A stretch of DNA of 64,000 nt from Paraphysomonas bandaiensis (lineage: Eukaryota > Protista > Chrysophyceae). A program made the position numbers and the translations under genes. This document shows, piece after piece, positions 1 to 12,183 of this stretch (the stretch's first letter is position 1; every line of letters starts with the position of its first letter). The stretch is taken from the NCBI GenBank assembly GCA_965644295.1, contig CBFFRP010000363.1, forward strand, positions 248,001 through 312,000, read 5' to 3'. The notes beneath the pieces were generated by a model, which searched no databases, had not been told where the DNA came from, and saw only the letters and a program-made list of their open reading frames with translations.

Positions 1-332
1 TTATTCTCCCTTCCAGACTACCTGCTGCTGTGAACACCACCTTGAAGAGGGCCCTAAAGATCTGCCGCATATACAGGAGACATATGCCAAAGACACTGAC
101 CGCAAGTTGTTTGTGTTAGGACAAGTAGATTGGGCAGGAGCGTATGATCCGGCTTAAACACGCAACTCGTCGTATGCCCATGTAGCTAACTAAATCGTGT
201 TGTATAGTTGAGCACTTGTCGGTGCATGCAATAGTAACTAGATGAGAGTCATGTTATGCATAGTGTCGCGCGAGTTGTTAGGTTGGTCGCGGCAACGCAC
301 AAGCTTGCGCTTCTTAATAATCAGATTTTCAA
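1..332 (+). mobile_element. possible 3' remnant of a non-LTR retroposon, tail-to-tail with the next copy
   Basis: Ends in TAATAATCAGATTTTCAA (315-332), matching the 3'-terminal motif TAATAATCAGACATTCAC of the other copies; the body is not clearly alignable to them. Confidence 0.3.
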
Positions 333-755
333 TTAGCAATAGGCGTCAAGAATCGTCACCAGTTAAGAGGCTAGATGAAAACTAGTTAAGCTAGATAGAC
401 TTCTGCCTGTAACCAACTAGTGCAAATTCTCACATCCTACTATATGTTATATGTATCGCTGCGGAAGCTGCTTATGCGTCGCACGCACCATGGTGCGACC
501 ACTTCCGTTCTTGTATGTGAGGGAGAAGCTCTCTATGAACGTGAGTCCTTGAAGTACAGTAGGGGTTTAGTCAGGAGGGGCGCCCCTTGGGGTAGGGCTC
601 CGCAGGACTTTGTGGAGGCTCAGGATTCTGAATTAGTGAGTCGAGTGTTCCTAACCTGAGATAAACCGGCGATGGGGTAGGATGGAACTCCGGCGTGTCT
701 TGGGAAGGCTCGGGCCACAAGTTGGGCCTGGGGCAGAGACGTAGACGGAGGTGTA
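333..755 (-). mobile_element. 5'-truncated LINE fragment (ORF end + 3' UTR)
   Basis: 3' UTR matches the copies at 34983 and 40550 (ATTAGCAATAGGCG...ATCCTACTAT...CGGAAGCTGCTT...ACCACTTCCG). Minus strand reads EPYPKGRP-PD* with a 1-nt frameshift, like EPYPKGRPPD in ORF 40788-41156. Confidence 0.75.
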
Positions 756-757
756 AT

Positions 758-857
758 TGATATGTTATATATGATATGATGGTATATATGATATGGTATA
801 TATGATATGTTATATACGATATGTTATATATGATATGTTATATATATATGATATGGT
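758..857. repeat. degenerate minisatellite, ~14-bp unit TGATATG(T/G)TATATA
   Basis: About 7 imperfect tandem units visible. Confidence 0.8.
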
Positions 858-1760
858 TCACATCAGTGGTGGTTCTAAACTAAAAAAAACTGAACTAGAT
901 ATAACACTCTCTCAATAAGTTAAAGTTGTGATAACATCTCTCATCAGTCATTGTCATTTGCTAAATCTACATTGTCAGAATTTTCAATCAATATCAAGTC
1001 TTAGATAGTGACAATCTTATACAGTCAATGTATTTTTCAGTTTAACTCTATCACTCTTTCTTGTTAAAATTGTCATATTATGTTTTATGTAGATAGTATA
1101 TTGTGAAACTTTTGTAAAATCACGATTGCCGAAGAAATTACCTTAGTTTGTGGCATATTAGTGGCACTAATTTTTATTATTCATCTAGTTCGTCATATAT
1201 ATATATTAATTGTGTTAAGATGATCATTTCCGGTCAATTCGTCTGACTTTAGCTCCATCAGTTTGAGCTGGGGGGGGGTTCACCTCGAAATTTCTCGACT
1301 AAATAATATATCAAATCATTGGCTAGTGCTTCTTTCTCAGGTTCTTTCTATCTGACCTACCTTTCTACTATCTTTAACAACGCTTTAGCTACAAGTTGTT
1401 GAACTGATTCTGATTTCTCTCGAGCCACTTATACAGATCCTCCTTATATACTTGTTTTGTACAGCTACCGGTGCACTATCAGGCAGGGCGTCCTTTAGGT
1501 CTTAAATAATTTCGACTTTTGTGCATTTGCTATGCCTTGCGTTTCGTGATCCAGTTGATTACACCAATCTGACAAAAAACTAGATGTTTCTAATCTGAAC
1601 TACCGTCCGTCATAAATCAAGACTTGTGGCATTTTAAATGGGTTCTAGAGATTTACTAGACACTGACTCTACTCAATATAATCAATTTGTTAAATATATT
1701 ATAGCTATTATTCATCACTCTTTCTATTGAACGAAGGTCTTACTATATATTTTCAATATA

Positions 1761-1955
1761 CGTGTAAGATTCAGAACTAATTTAGCATTGCAATTTAACT
1801 AACTAGTGCTTAACTCTGATATCCTACTACTATTGTATATCGTAAGCGCCAAGGTGAAACCACTTCTCCTCTATCACTCAAAGCAAACGCAGTGAGCACG
1901 CAACAACGCAGAATGTTGATATACCTAACACCTGACATCTGCTGACTTCAGGACT
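1761..1955 (-). mobile_element. truncated copy of the SINE/LINE 3' region
   Basis: AACTAGTGCTTAACTCTGATATCCTACTA...CCAAGGTGAAACCACTT...CTATCACTCAAAGCAA...GCTGACTTCAGG aligns with 22620-22720, 53050-53190 and the reverse complement of 10968-11140. Confidence 0.75.
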
Positions 1956-2561
1956 CTTTGTAACTACTATATCGACTGTGTCACTACTACCAACCAATAT
2001 TGCACAATCTTAAATAGACACGATCTTCTCACTAACATTATTTATATATTTTCTTTAATTCATGTTGTATTGCTACCGATTGTTATCCTAAGTATCTGTA
2101 GTGGTTAAGATACAGCTTCTAACTGCTAATAAATAAGCTTAACTCAACCCGACGTAGATAATCTTGCCATAAAGAGAGCATTCTACTGACCGTATCTAGT
2201 TATTAACTCGTCGTCAAAAATTCAAATCAATGCAATATTCACAATCCACTACTTCTATTAATCGATAATTTAAATCTAACTTCAACACATACGTATTGTA
2301 TATAGAAAGATAAATACGCACCAAACATATACCAGGGAACACAAGTGGTCGATGCAAACAACTATATAATATCCATAATGCAGTGGCCATATGTAAACAT
2401 AGTTACATCTGGGATATAATATTCTTGTCGCATATGTATTAGACATGTTGCAGTACGCCCGCCGCTGTAAATTCATTCATAAGAAATATATCGCATAAGA
2501 AATATAACCTACCAAGTAACACAGTACAATGTACACTATATATTGTGGAGGCGGGAAGATA

Positions 2562-3776
2562 TCAACACAAGACTCTGTGGTGCTGAGGCGCGGGGGCGAG
2601 GCTGATTGTGCGGTAGTTTGACGTGAACTGTAGATATCCATGCTCAATGAGTGCTTCAATGATGTCTTGTACATCAACAGCATCAATGCCCATACGCACT
2701 AGACATCCCCCCTCCTTTGCACACTTCGCTGCGATTTCTTGTGCCGTTTGTAAATCGCCGGAAACTAGGATCGTTGCGTAAGCATCAGCTCTACCTGGAG
2801 TGATTTCCGCCCGATTTATTAGCCACTGCGATAGCTCTACTTGCGCCACTTCCATACTACATAGAGTGCACGAGCCATCCTCATCGTATTCAGTCAGTGT
2901 TGGAAGTGATGGCTGAGAATTGACAGAGTAATCGCTGTCCAGTCTATCTGTCTTATCTACAGCTATCACGTCGAGAACAGCGGCATAAAGTGCTTGTTTC
3001 ACATCGCAAATATCTCCCGTTGCATCAACTGCAGGGCACCGACCCATAGCTTTACTAATGACTACCCCCCTACCAACATAGCAGTTACATGGTTACATTA
3101 GAATTAGGTGAAAAAAAGCTGCACATACCATGTTGACGGGGATCGTAAAGTTGGGTGCAAAATAACAGGAATCATGCGATAGTCCGGAGAGCGCGTAAAA
3201 CACATTTCAAAATCACTGCTATTGGCATCAGCGGTGGCAACATATCTGTACATTGAGCGCACACAGTCAATACAAATAACAATGCTGTGCATTTCTTACT
3301 CAGGAGTGAGGCAAACGAGCACACACTTAGCGTTTTGGATACCTAAGTTTAGACTCCGTTGTTCCAGCTTCAAGGAAGTAGCCTGGGGACAGAGTTACTA
3401 TGCACTGGTAACAACAGCTAAGACAGAGCCAGTACCTGGTGATTAGACCATACGACCAATCCTTTGCTGCTAAGAAATTCTTTGAGGATATTTATTCTAT
3501 CCAATATGACACTGCGATGATTATTAGTCATCTTAGCATGCGAAAAAAACACCTATAGAAAGAACCAAGTTACACCGTACATTGGATCCAAAATTAACGT
3601 ACATCGCTTCGTGAGTACAATTGCCATACGATTTCCTTGGCGATTAAGTTATTCGCGCCCTTATGCTTGTTGAAAATATCTAAATCGAAGCTTTCTCCCG
3701 TCAGATTAATGCATGTTTCCAAATCTACATAATCTGGTATGTCGCAAATATCGCTAATGCTTGCACCGGACCCCAT
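2562..3776 (-). CDS. N-myristoylated TIR_2-domain protein with C-terminal SAM-like helical domain (5 exons: 3603-3776, 3436-3552, 3300-3382, 3129-3245, 2562-3069)
   Basis: GT-AG splicing joins MGSGAS...SD|VFFSHA...KGLVVW|GIQNAKCVLVCLTPE|Y...MIPVILHPTLRSPSTW|G, matching TIR betaA/betaB/betaC/betaD motifs. C-terminus LSQWL...AYATIL...LVRMGI...IIEAL is SAM-like. Confidence 0.7.
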
Positions 3777-4898
3777 TCTACGTAACTATCTATATATCTT
3801 TCCACGCACACAGATACAGCAATAGCGAGTGGACCCCAAACAATATGCCCCACTTCAAATTGACATCACGATTTGTTTGTGTTGTACGCATATGTTTGCA
3901 TTGATCTTCTTCTTCTTCTCTTGCACTTAAGATGGTCGCACCACACTGAACACTTTGCAATAACTTCAACTTTTTCGAGTGAAAAAAAATGACACACGAA
4001 CTTTCTCCCTTCATCCCCAAGAATCGCCCTGACACCACTCATATCGGAATGATTGGATAGAGATGATTCTAGGTACTGTGCGCTGTACATCAACACCTCT
4101 GTGCATGCACGGGATTGTACACGAATAGATATATATATATATATATATATATATAGGTCCACGAATCTATAATATTATCTCTCATTGCGTTACCAGAAGT
4201 GTCTAGGGCATAGGGAAATGCGATAAATGTGTTGTTTCAAGCATACCATTTCATAGGCAAGCGCAGCATGAAACTCATCACGTAAAGGATTTATTCTTTC
4301 ACATAGGAGAGTAAGAGCAATGAGAATTACCAATAGTGGAGATAATCACTCGGCAAAAGAACAATGCCGCAGCGTCATAATTTACTATATAATTTCTGCT
4401 TATAAGGCAGATAAAGAAATATGTTCTAATCATTACAGAATTGTTAGCATATAATTGACTTGACTGCTGAGATATGTTAGAGTGTTCAGCATTTTCACGA
4501 TTAGCCTCGCACTTAGAGTGAGATATTAAAAAGTTCGTAAAATAATCAATGCTAATTAGCCTAGCGATAATAGTGTTGAGATTCCTCTGCCTTTCTATTA
4601 TATACGTAGTTTCGTGGTTAAATTTATGTAGGAACAATGAAATTAACAATAAACATAGTTACCGCGTTGTCAGGATGCGGAATACAGGTATTTTAGAATT
4701 AGCAATATGTACACGATTCGTGGTTTCTAGATTTAGCAATTTATAAATTCGTTATACGATAAAAAATAATATAGAATTACTGCATACGGTTGTATTATTA
4801 GTATAAATTTATTTTACAAGCACCAGAAGTTGATAGATTTCAAAAACTAACTACCCACATCAACTTTAACACGCCTTCTAATAAACATTCTACAGACG

Positions 4899-6962
4899 TT
4901 ACAGTAGTAGCGTAATCGGATTCTGCGCATACTCTTTGAATGCCTGCAGCCATTCTGCACCAACGGCTCCATCCACGACACGGTGGTCACACGAGAGTGT
5001 TGTTACCATTACAGGAGCAATCTGTACACCATAATCACCTCAGCAAACATAAACACTTATTGAAAGCTTAAAATCACTTAATGGCATTCATGCACATTTA
5101 TGATTTCAGTAGGCGAAACCGGCCCCACTTAAGTATAATTTACTCACCGTCCAGTTCTCTTGTCCCTCTTCTTCGGCCATAGGGTTCGGGATGACAGCGT
5201 CAACAACGGTGCCAAGAGATAATGCGCACGCCTGAGGGGTCAAAACAATAGGAGCGGCACTCTTCACGCCGAATACACCTATGTATATAAAACTTTAGCG
5301 AATATGTTAAAAAAGCAAAGTGTGACAACGATAAGTGTTACGAAACGATACCCCAAAATAGGGCCGATCAGCATTGTTAACTTAAACTCATATGTAAACA
5401 TAGTAGATAACTCCACTTGACTTTACCTAAATTATGAACGGAGAAAGTACCCATTTCAAGCCTATCGTCTGCATTACTCTCAAAAGCAGAGAGCTGCAGT
5501 AAAAATGCAAGAGTAAGCATACTGTGACCGCAATGCACTGATTTAGTGTACCTCGTGGGCAATGCGAGTCAAGCCCATTGATTCAGCGCCTTTGAGCACT
5601 GGGGCTCTTATATTCGATCCGCCTCCGACCATCACGTTAATATCAACCTATTTGAGCATTACACAGTCACAAAGGAAGCCTAAAGCGGGTACCTGGTCGT
5701 ATCTGCGAATGAAACTGTCCATCCAATGAGAGTTTATCACCGGAACCTGATAAGTAAATTAAAAAATCAAAGGCCAACCACCACGCATGGACAACCATAT
5801 CAACAAGTTGGTACCGTTGTCATGGCCTTGGCAGCAGCTTTCACGAGAAAATCTTGCACAGATATTTCATGATCTTCACCCATATTCAGCTGATCTCTTA
5901 AAGTCATTAATTTCGTGAGGTTGATCTCAACGGACAGGAAGTAGTGTGGGACCACCTTCTTAGAATGTGCAAACATAGTAATAAGAGATTCTGCGCTGGT
6001 GCCGGTCGTACTGACAGGAGACGGACTGGTAGCGGGTTGAGCAAAGAGTTCATTGGATATTGTGCTTTTCGCAACTCCTGCACCAATAGATTTCTCCATG
6101 TCTGGTGCAATGATCCGGCTGTCAGGTCCAGAGGTGGTGCTGCTAGAAGAAAGAGTGGTCAAATCTAGTCGGTTATCTCGGGCAAGTGCACGAGCGTATG
6201 GAGAAGCAAATACACGCTCGTCAGAATACATGGATGCACCAGTTGGACCACTGGAGCTGGCGAACGATGCTTCCGGAGCGATGACTGGAGCAGCAGAGGA
6301 AGCTGAGGATTCGGAGACAGATGTAGACGATGAGTCACATGAAATTACATCGGCGACAGTATAATTAGCAAATGCGGGAACATTTGACTCCTCCTCTACA
6401 GTTATCATCATAGGCTCACCCACCTTATATATCATGACGTTAAGTAAGTTGACAACAGCAATTTCGATTTACGTGCGCAACAATTCAGCTAGTAATGATA
6501 TAGGCATAACTCAGAACACCCTATATCCTTACCTTCAACTCTCCTGACCCTACTAATATTTTCGCTATAAATCCGTCATCTGTTGCTTCATAGGTAACAG
6601 TTGCCTTGTCGGTTTCTACTTCACAGATCGCCATACCAGGCTCAAACCCATCGCCCTCTTTTAGTGCCCAGTTAGCAATTGAACCGGATTCCATAGTCTA
6701 TACACCATACGTCAATCAAAAATACTACGATTAATATCAATGTTATCGCTTACAGGTGAGAGAGCAGGCATGGGAACGACAGTGTGTTTCGGATACGACG
6801 AGAACATCATAGCCTGTTGCGTGAAAGGGGTGGAATATGCTTGAAATCTAGGGATAACTTTAAATATCTTTGAACTGTGGAGCCCTGAGATACGTCTAAT
6901 ACATAACACATTAACACGTACACCTGATAGTATAGTACATACGTCATGCTCCTGACTGCCAT
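4899..6962 (-). CDS. DLAT: mitochondrial pyruvate dehydrogenase E2 (dihydrolipoamide acetyltransferase)-like, multi-exon
   Basis: Presequence MAVRSMTRISG..., MPALSP|TM and lipoyl motif [31 protein letters not shown]-terminal [11 protein letters not shown]...NPITLLL*. Confidence 0.88.
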
Positions 6963-7862
6963 CGCCCTGCCCACCCTATGCTCACTATATCTACTACACT
7001 GATTAAAATGGGCTCGGGATTTCCATGCTAACCGCATCATCTCTACGTCTGCTAGTGCGGTTAAGGGCCCTGAACTGTGTAGTACTGCAATCTATCCACA
7101 TTGATGAACTAACTTATATGTGTGTGTGTGCGTGTGTTGTATATGATGCCAGCCACGCAGTATCATAATCTAGATACAAGAATACATATCAGTATATCCG
7201 ATATACGGCGTGCTCGAAGAGAGAGAGCGTGGCCATATACAGCAGGAATACAGCGTGTAGATTGGCTGCAACATTGAAAGAAAATCAAGCCAAATTAAGA
7301 CAACCGCAAACACACATACACATACTCACATATCTACACACCACTTACAGAACAACCTCCTCGCCACTGCTGTATTTGTAGATATGCTGATGGGTGGGAT
7401 CTGTTACTCATACGGCTCCATTGTTGGCAAGGTAAGCATATTCCTGTGGTACACCCACTTCGATTGTACACATATGATCATATCACAGCCTGTGTTCCTC
7501 TTATTACTAATAGAAGTGTCGCAAAGTATGCTGTATGTGGACGCTAACAGACATCTGTCTCTGGATTTTGTGATCAATATGCCAATTATTTTCTTGAAAA
7601 TGTGTAGTTTTTGTGACACTTGAAGTGTCAAAACTGAGGCTTTTTATGTATTATTTTCCAACAGGAGAGCTGTACATAATTCCGCATACACTCTATTAGC
7701 GAGTGACATCGCATACACTCTATTGTCCCGTTTTCCTGACATTTCTTTATTGTTGAGTACCGTACCTCACCGTACAGCATATCCTTCGACATAGGATACA
7801 TGCAGTGTAATATATGAGGCAGTGTGTATGTGGAGAATACATATGCATATGTACGTAGAGCC

Positions 7863-7880
7863 TATACAGCAGTATGTCCA
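7863..7880 (+). promoter_or_regulatory. candidate core-promoter element TATACAGCAGTATGTCCA
   Basis: Identical 18-mer at 25908-25925. Both lie 110-130 nt upstream of an ATG and are followed by a CA-rich tract. Confidence 0.5.
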
Positions 7881-7989
7881 GATAGGATAACCAGCACACA
7901 CATACACATACACATACAACTCTGAATGTTAGAAGAATCACCTTAACAGGACATTAAACTCATAGTACTCTAAGACAGCGAGGTCAATA

Positions 7990-9837
7990 ATGAAACCAGT
8001 GAAGTCCTACTCTCAGTCAACCCTTAAACTGTCTCTTGATAGTGAGGTGCGGCGTATAGCTATAGAGATCCCTGTATCTTACTCTCAACTAGAGATGCAC
8101 GCAAGAAATCTGTTCCCTAGACTCACACGAGCTCCAATAGGATCAATTACCTTCCATTGGATCGATGATGAGAATGATCGTGTGGTGATATCGTCGGATT
8201 CAGAGGTGGAGGAAGCGTGTCGTACTATGAGTGCGGATCAGAAGGGATACATTCGCTTTGAGGTGTCTTTAAATGAAGCGGATGTAAGAAATGAAACTAC
8301 TTTGACAGACAATAGTTCCACTGCAGATCAGAGGAGATCTGTTTGCAGTGAGTGTGGACAGGCCACAACTGCATGTGTTCGGTATAACTGTTCCGTGAGA
8401 TCTGATTATCAACTGTGCGCCACTTGCGAGAAGAAGCACCCTCAGCCCTATCCTATGATTAAGATGTACGAGCTCAGTGACTCCAACGAATCTTTCACTA
8501 ACACACAGGTGAGTTCTCACGGAAATGATTGTACCGGGAATAGTTTATCGACGTTGCTCGCTGTCAACTGGGCTAGTGGTCTGCAAGACTTTCCATCGTG
8601 TGATGCCCACCAGGAACGACGTGAGAATAGCGAACGTCCAGGTTCAACTACTCCACCTCCGCACCACAAGCATATCCGGTGCGTTGTGTGCGGAGTCAAA
8701 CCGATTGTTGGCGCGAGGTACACCTGCACGGTGAGGCGAAATTACCATCTGTGTGCTGCTTGTGAAGCGAAGGTCCCCAATCAAGAACATCCTATGATTA
8801 AAGTATATTCTCCGGAACAAACAAACGCGCCTATGAGCACGAGTATAGATGGTACGTATGGTGGTGGTACCGACAGTGGATACAGTTCGGAGACCTACCA
8901 GCCCTCCGAAGTATTGGGACAGATCGAGAAAGGGTTGTTATGTGATTCTCCTGTCGATGAAGTAAGAGAACAGTGCGCTGGTTTCTACAGAAAAAGCAGT
9001 GCCACAGAGGAAGATGAGGAGGACATTGTTGTTATTCCAGATAATGACTCATTAGATAGAAAAGCACATGGAATGGGCTTATCAGTTGAATCTATGAGCA
9101 TACATGATGTGTCCACTTCGCCGTACCGGCATCAACAACAAGCTTCAGTTCCTAGTGTTAGCCCTATTTCTAACGTTTCTACTGCACATACCTCCTCCTC
9201 TTATATTGTTGATTCCAAGGTTGACGCAGAAATAATTTGTGACGCGACTCTGCCAGAGGACGGCACATTGTGCCCAAATGGTAGGTTTGTAAAGATTTGG
9301 ACACTTCGCAATGTTGGCACCGTCGGCTGGCCTGCGGGGTCTGAACTCGCCGATGCTGGGGGAGATGTATTATTTTCTGGATCGGAGCTACGTGTTTCAC
9401 TTCCTCCAATTCCTGTAGGGGGAAAGTGTGATGTGTCTGTTCCCCTTCAAGCTCCTGCCACCCCTGGAAAATACATGGCGTATTTCCGTATGCACACCCC
9501 TGAGATGAGGTGGTTCGGACCACCTCTCTTGGTTAAAGTATGGATTCCGTCAGTATATGATGGTGGTTCTGATAAAGCCGATACTGGCGATATCGAGAGT
9601 GAGGGCTTACAGACAAGACATGAGAAGCGCAGTGAATGTGATCGTCCTCTCCACGACAATTTATTATGGACGAATGAGCTTGATCTACTCGCTGACATGG
9701 GATTTGTTGACGATGATAAGATTATTCCTTTGCTTAAGAAGTATGTGGTATCTCCTTCAGATGGAGGTGAATCTCGAGTCCATTCTAAAGGACTAGAAGA
9801 AGTTGTTTCCATACTCATACGGAACTCGTCGGCTTAG
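7990..9837 (+). CDS. NBR1: selective autophagy receptor NBR1-like (PB1, 2x ZZ, FW, UBA-like)
   Basis: PB1 (WIDDENDRVVISSDSE), two ZZ fingers, FW domain (FVKIWTLRNVGTVGWP...PGKYMAYFRM...FG), UBA-like LADMGF; single exon. Confidence 0.9.
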   Translation: MKPVKSYSQSTLKLSLDSEVRRIAIEIPVSYSQLEMHARNLFPRLTRAPIGSITFHWIDDENDRVVISSDSEVEEACRTMSADQKGYIRFEVSLNEADVRNETTLTDNSSTADQRRSVCSECGQATTACVRYNCSVRSDYQLCATCEKKHPQPYPMIKMYELSDSNESFTNTQVSSHGNDCTGNSLSTLLAVNWASGLQDFPSCDAHQERRENSERPGSTTPPPHHKHIRCVVCGVKPIVGARYTCTVRRNYHLCAACEAKVPNQEHPMIKVYSPEQTNAPMSTSIDGTYGGGTDSGYSSETYQPSEVLGQIEKGLLCDSPVDEVREQCAGFYRKSSATEEDEEDIVVIPDNDSLDRKAHGMGLSVESMSIHDVSTSPYRHQQQASVPSVSPISNVSTAHTSSSYIVDSKVDAEIICDATLPEDGTLCPNGRFVKIWTLRNVGTVGWPAGSELADAGGDVLFSGSELRVSLPPIPVGGKCDVSVPLQAPATPGKYMAYFRMHTPEMRWFGPPLLVKVWIPSVYDGGSDKADTGDIESEGLQTRHEKRSECDRPLHDNLLWTNELDLLADMGFVDDDKIIPLLKKYVVSPSDGGESRVHSKGLEEVVSILIRNSSA

Positions 9838-10102
9838 GTTCCATGTGTTGAACACTCTCTTGGTCTAAACCTACAATTCCCCATGTACATTGCTTATTAA
9901 GTAGATCAACATTTTGAGCTGGTATTTTTCTAACGTTATAGCCCTAACAGCTAGTACTTCGAAGTATGTTGTACCGTTAATAATAATTATTGTGAACATA
10001 TCATGGGAACTGCGTACTGCTGTGTAGTCAATATATATGATATAAATTTCTAACCGCAGAATGCAATGATTCCACTGATTTGTGACACACACACAAGAAA
10101 GA

Positions 10103-10680
10103 CTACATCCAAGCAAAACCAGGAGTTCGTTCTATACTATCCCTTGATACAACGCCCTCTGTAAGCAGGGGTGTAGTTACAAAATCAAATATCAAATCAA
10201 AAGCACCCTTTACCACGGTAACATCACACGACGAATCAGAGTTATCAGCACAGGGAGACTTATCGAAGTTCAGACCAAACGGCATAGATAGATAGGTTCC
10301 ATTGCTCAGGCCTGGTCCTTCAATAACCACGACTTTTAAAGACTCTTCAGTGCTTGTGGTTGGAATGTGTGCAACATGCGCAGAAGTGTTGAGTGCTTTC
10401 TCAATAGGTGACATAGGAGAGCTCACAGAACTATTACTCAGTCCGTCAAGCGATACTGACACAAGTCTGAATGTTTGATTGATCACTTCTATCGGATTCT
10501 GTCCATCAGTCATGTCCGCTGATATGTACTCCCCATACACCTGCAACAATTTGTGGTGTAGTAGAATCAAAATAATACCCTATAATATACACCAGGGCAA
10601 GGGAACAATGTATTGCAAACGTATTGTACCCTCGTCCCATGATTGCAACATTATCAGCAGCTAAATACATGCGTATATCC
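10103..10680 (-). pseudogene. 3' part of an unidentified gene, apparently cut off by the SINE at 10682
   Basis: ~146-codon open frame after an acceptor-like TTGCAG (~10544) plus a short upstream exon-like stretch abutting the SINE; no recognisable domain or start. Confidence 0.3.
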
Positions 10681-10681
10681 C

Positions 10682-10768
10682 CCCTCAACAAAGTCGGACT
10701 CGCATCTTTTCGTGGTATTATGGGGGATAAGTACCGGAGAGATTTCTTTGGGAAACTGACGTGAGCCG
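10682..10768 (+). ncRNA. candidate HDV-like self-cleaving ribozyme (partly degenerate)
   Basis: P1 CCUCAAC/AUUAUGG (imperfect), P2 CGG(A)CUCGC/GUGAGCCG, P3 AUC/GGU around L3 UUUUCGU, GG, AGUA/GAA internal loop, P4 CCGGAGA/UCUUUGG, J4/2 CUGAC. Confidence 0.6.
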
Positions 10769-11160
10769 CATATACAATCAGCAGATATTGTTCTGCCCAC
10801 TCTTGGCCAAATGCTTGTGTGGTGCAAGGGACACTAATACACTAATTAGTGTCCCTTGTGTAGACGTCTTTGGGCCTTGACGAATAAACAGACATCCGGG
10901 AATGGGAATGAGCCCACCTCAAAGGCCCTGCTAAAGTTAAGCATTCGGGCTGCTCACCTTCAAAAATCCTGAAGTCAGCAGACGTCAGGTATATCACTGC
11001 GTTTGAATTGAGTGATAGAGCAAAGTGGTTGCACCTTGATGATTGCGGTGATGCACAAGCAGCTTTTACAACGTTAAATAGTAGGATATCAGATTTGAGC
11101 ACCAGTTAGTTATATTTCAATGCTAAATTCGTTCTGACACTTAAAAGCCTATTAATCGAT
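10682..11160 (+). mobile_element. full-length SINE-like non-autonomous retroposon (copy A)
   Basis: Colinear with the reverse complements of 22559-23002 and 34983-35500, starting at the same 5' CCCTCAAC; no clear TSD. Confidence 0.85.
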
Positions 11161-12183
11161 GATGACCAGGGTCGGGTAACCGTTAGTTGCCCCCCATTAA
11201 TCGAATCCCAGTGCCTAATAGGCATTACAATATGGCCATTAATGAATATGTCCCGGTAACTATGTAACTATAATGGTCTTATACCATTAATGGTAGCACC
11301 AATAACTGACTAGTAGATACTAATACGAAACATATATAACAATTGTTTCCAGGTCCTGTTGATGACTATTATCATTTTCATTTACCGTACTTTTACTTTC
11401 ATGCATATCAATGCAATGTACAATTAGAAACAAATAAGACTTACAGGTAGTCTTAGTATTTGATGAAATATACACTTCGTATTATTAGAAGATAAATATT
11501 GATTATATAAACTTCACATGAAAACTAAGGCCTAATAGTATAATAGCAAGGTGAACAGGGCGTTAGCACCACACACATTTGCGTATCTTGTACAGTTGAG
11601 TATCTTTTATAGTCTGGTAATTATCCAGTCAATTCATATTTCATTGTATATATGTGTTGTATTCACACATTAAGAGATCTATACGTGAATCATCAAATCT
11701 TAATTGAAACACTTGATAGATGTAGTAGATACCTTAACACGCAGGTATTTGGTGTAAAGCGGTCGACCTATTAATACTTTAATAATACAATATTATATTG
11801 CTCCTTTGCCCTGATATACACAAATAATATAATAGTCGTATTGAGAAGATTAATTTCGCACAAACAGGATTTGCTGACTTTCTCCCTAGAGTATTATCGT
11901 CCATTAATTCTCTCCAATTATAAAATACATATAGCGCTAGAAAGGCCGTTAAAGACTGTAAAATATCTGTTCTGCGGATATAGTGCTTGCATGTTAGCCA
12001 TTTCTGGCTTTTATATGTGCTATCACATTTGCGCGAAACATCGAGGAGAATAAAGCAGAATACATGCAAAGCTTTTCGTTATATATTCAAAACACAGTTC
12101 GAGACCATCAAAACTACGCGTAACTATCTCTTGCGCACAGCTACATTAAACGTTGGGAATTCTGTGCCCGTATAAACGCAATA

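Noticed and set aside
863-1666. Possible DNA transposon bounded by CAGTG...CACTG
   Set aside because: The inverted match does not extend beyond 5 bp; no TSD or transposase.
4299-4746. AT-rich ORFs between the TIR and DLAT genes (and 11779-12175, 41358-41708)
   Set aside because: No motifs or splice support; composition is typical of intergenic DNA.
10842-11102. Short ORFs sharing RWAHSRMSVYSSRPK (also 22659-22850, 35204-35497)
   Set aside because: Antisense readings of SINE copies; frames are not conserved between copies.
11166-11310. hAT-like terminus CAGGGTCGGGTAAC with CCATTAAT repeats
   Set aside because: No partner terminus found in the window.
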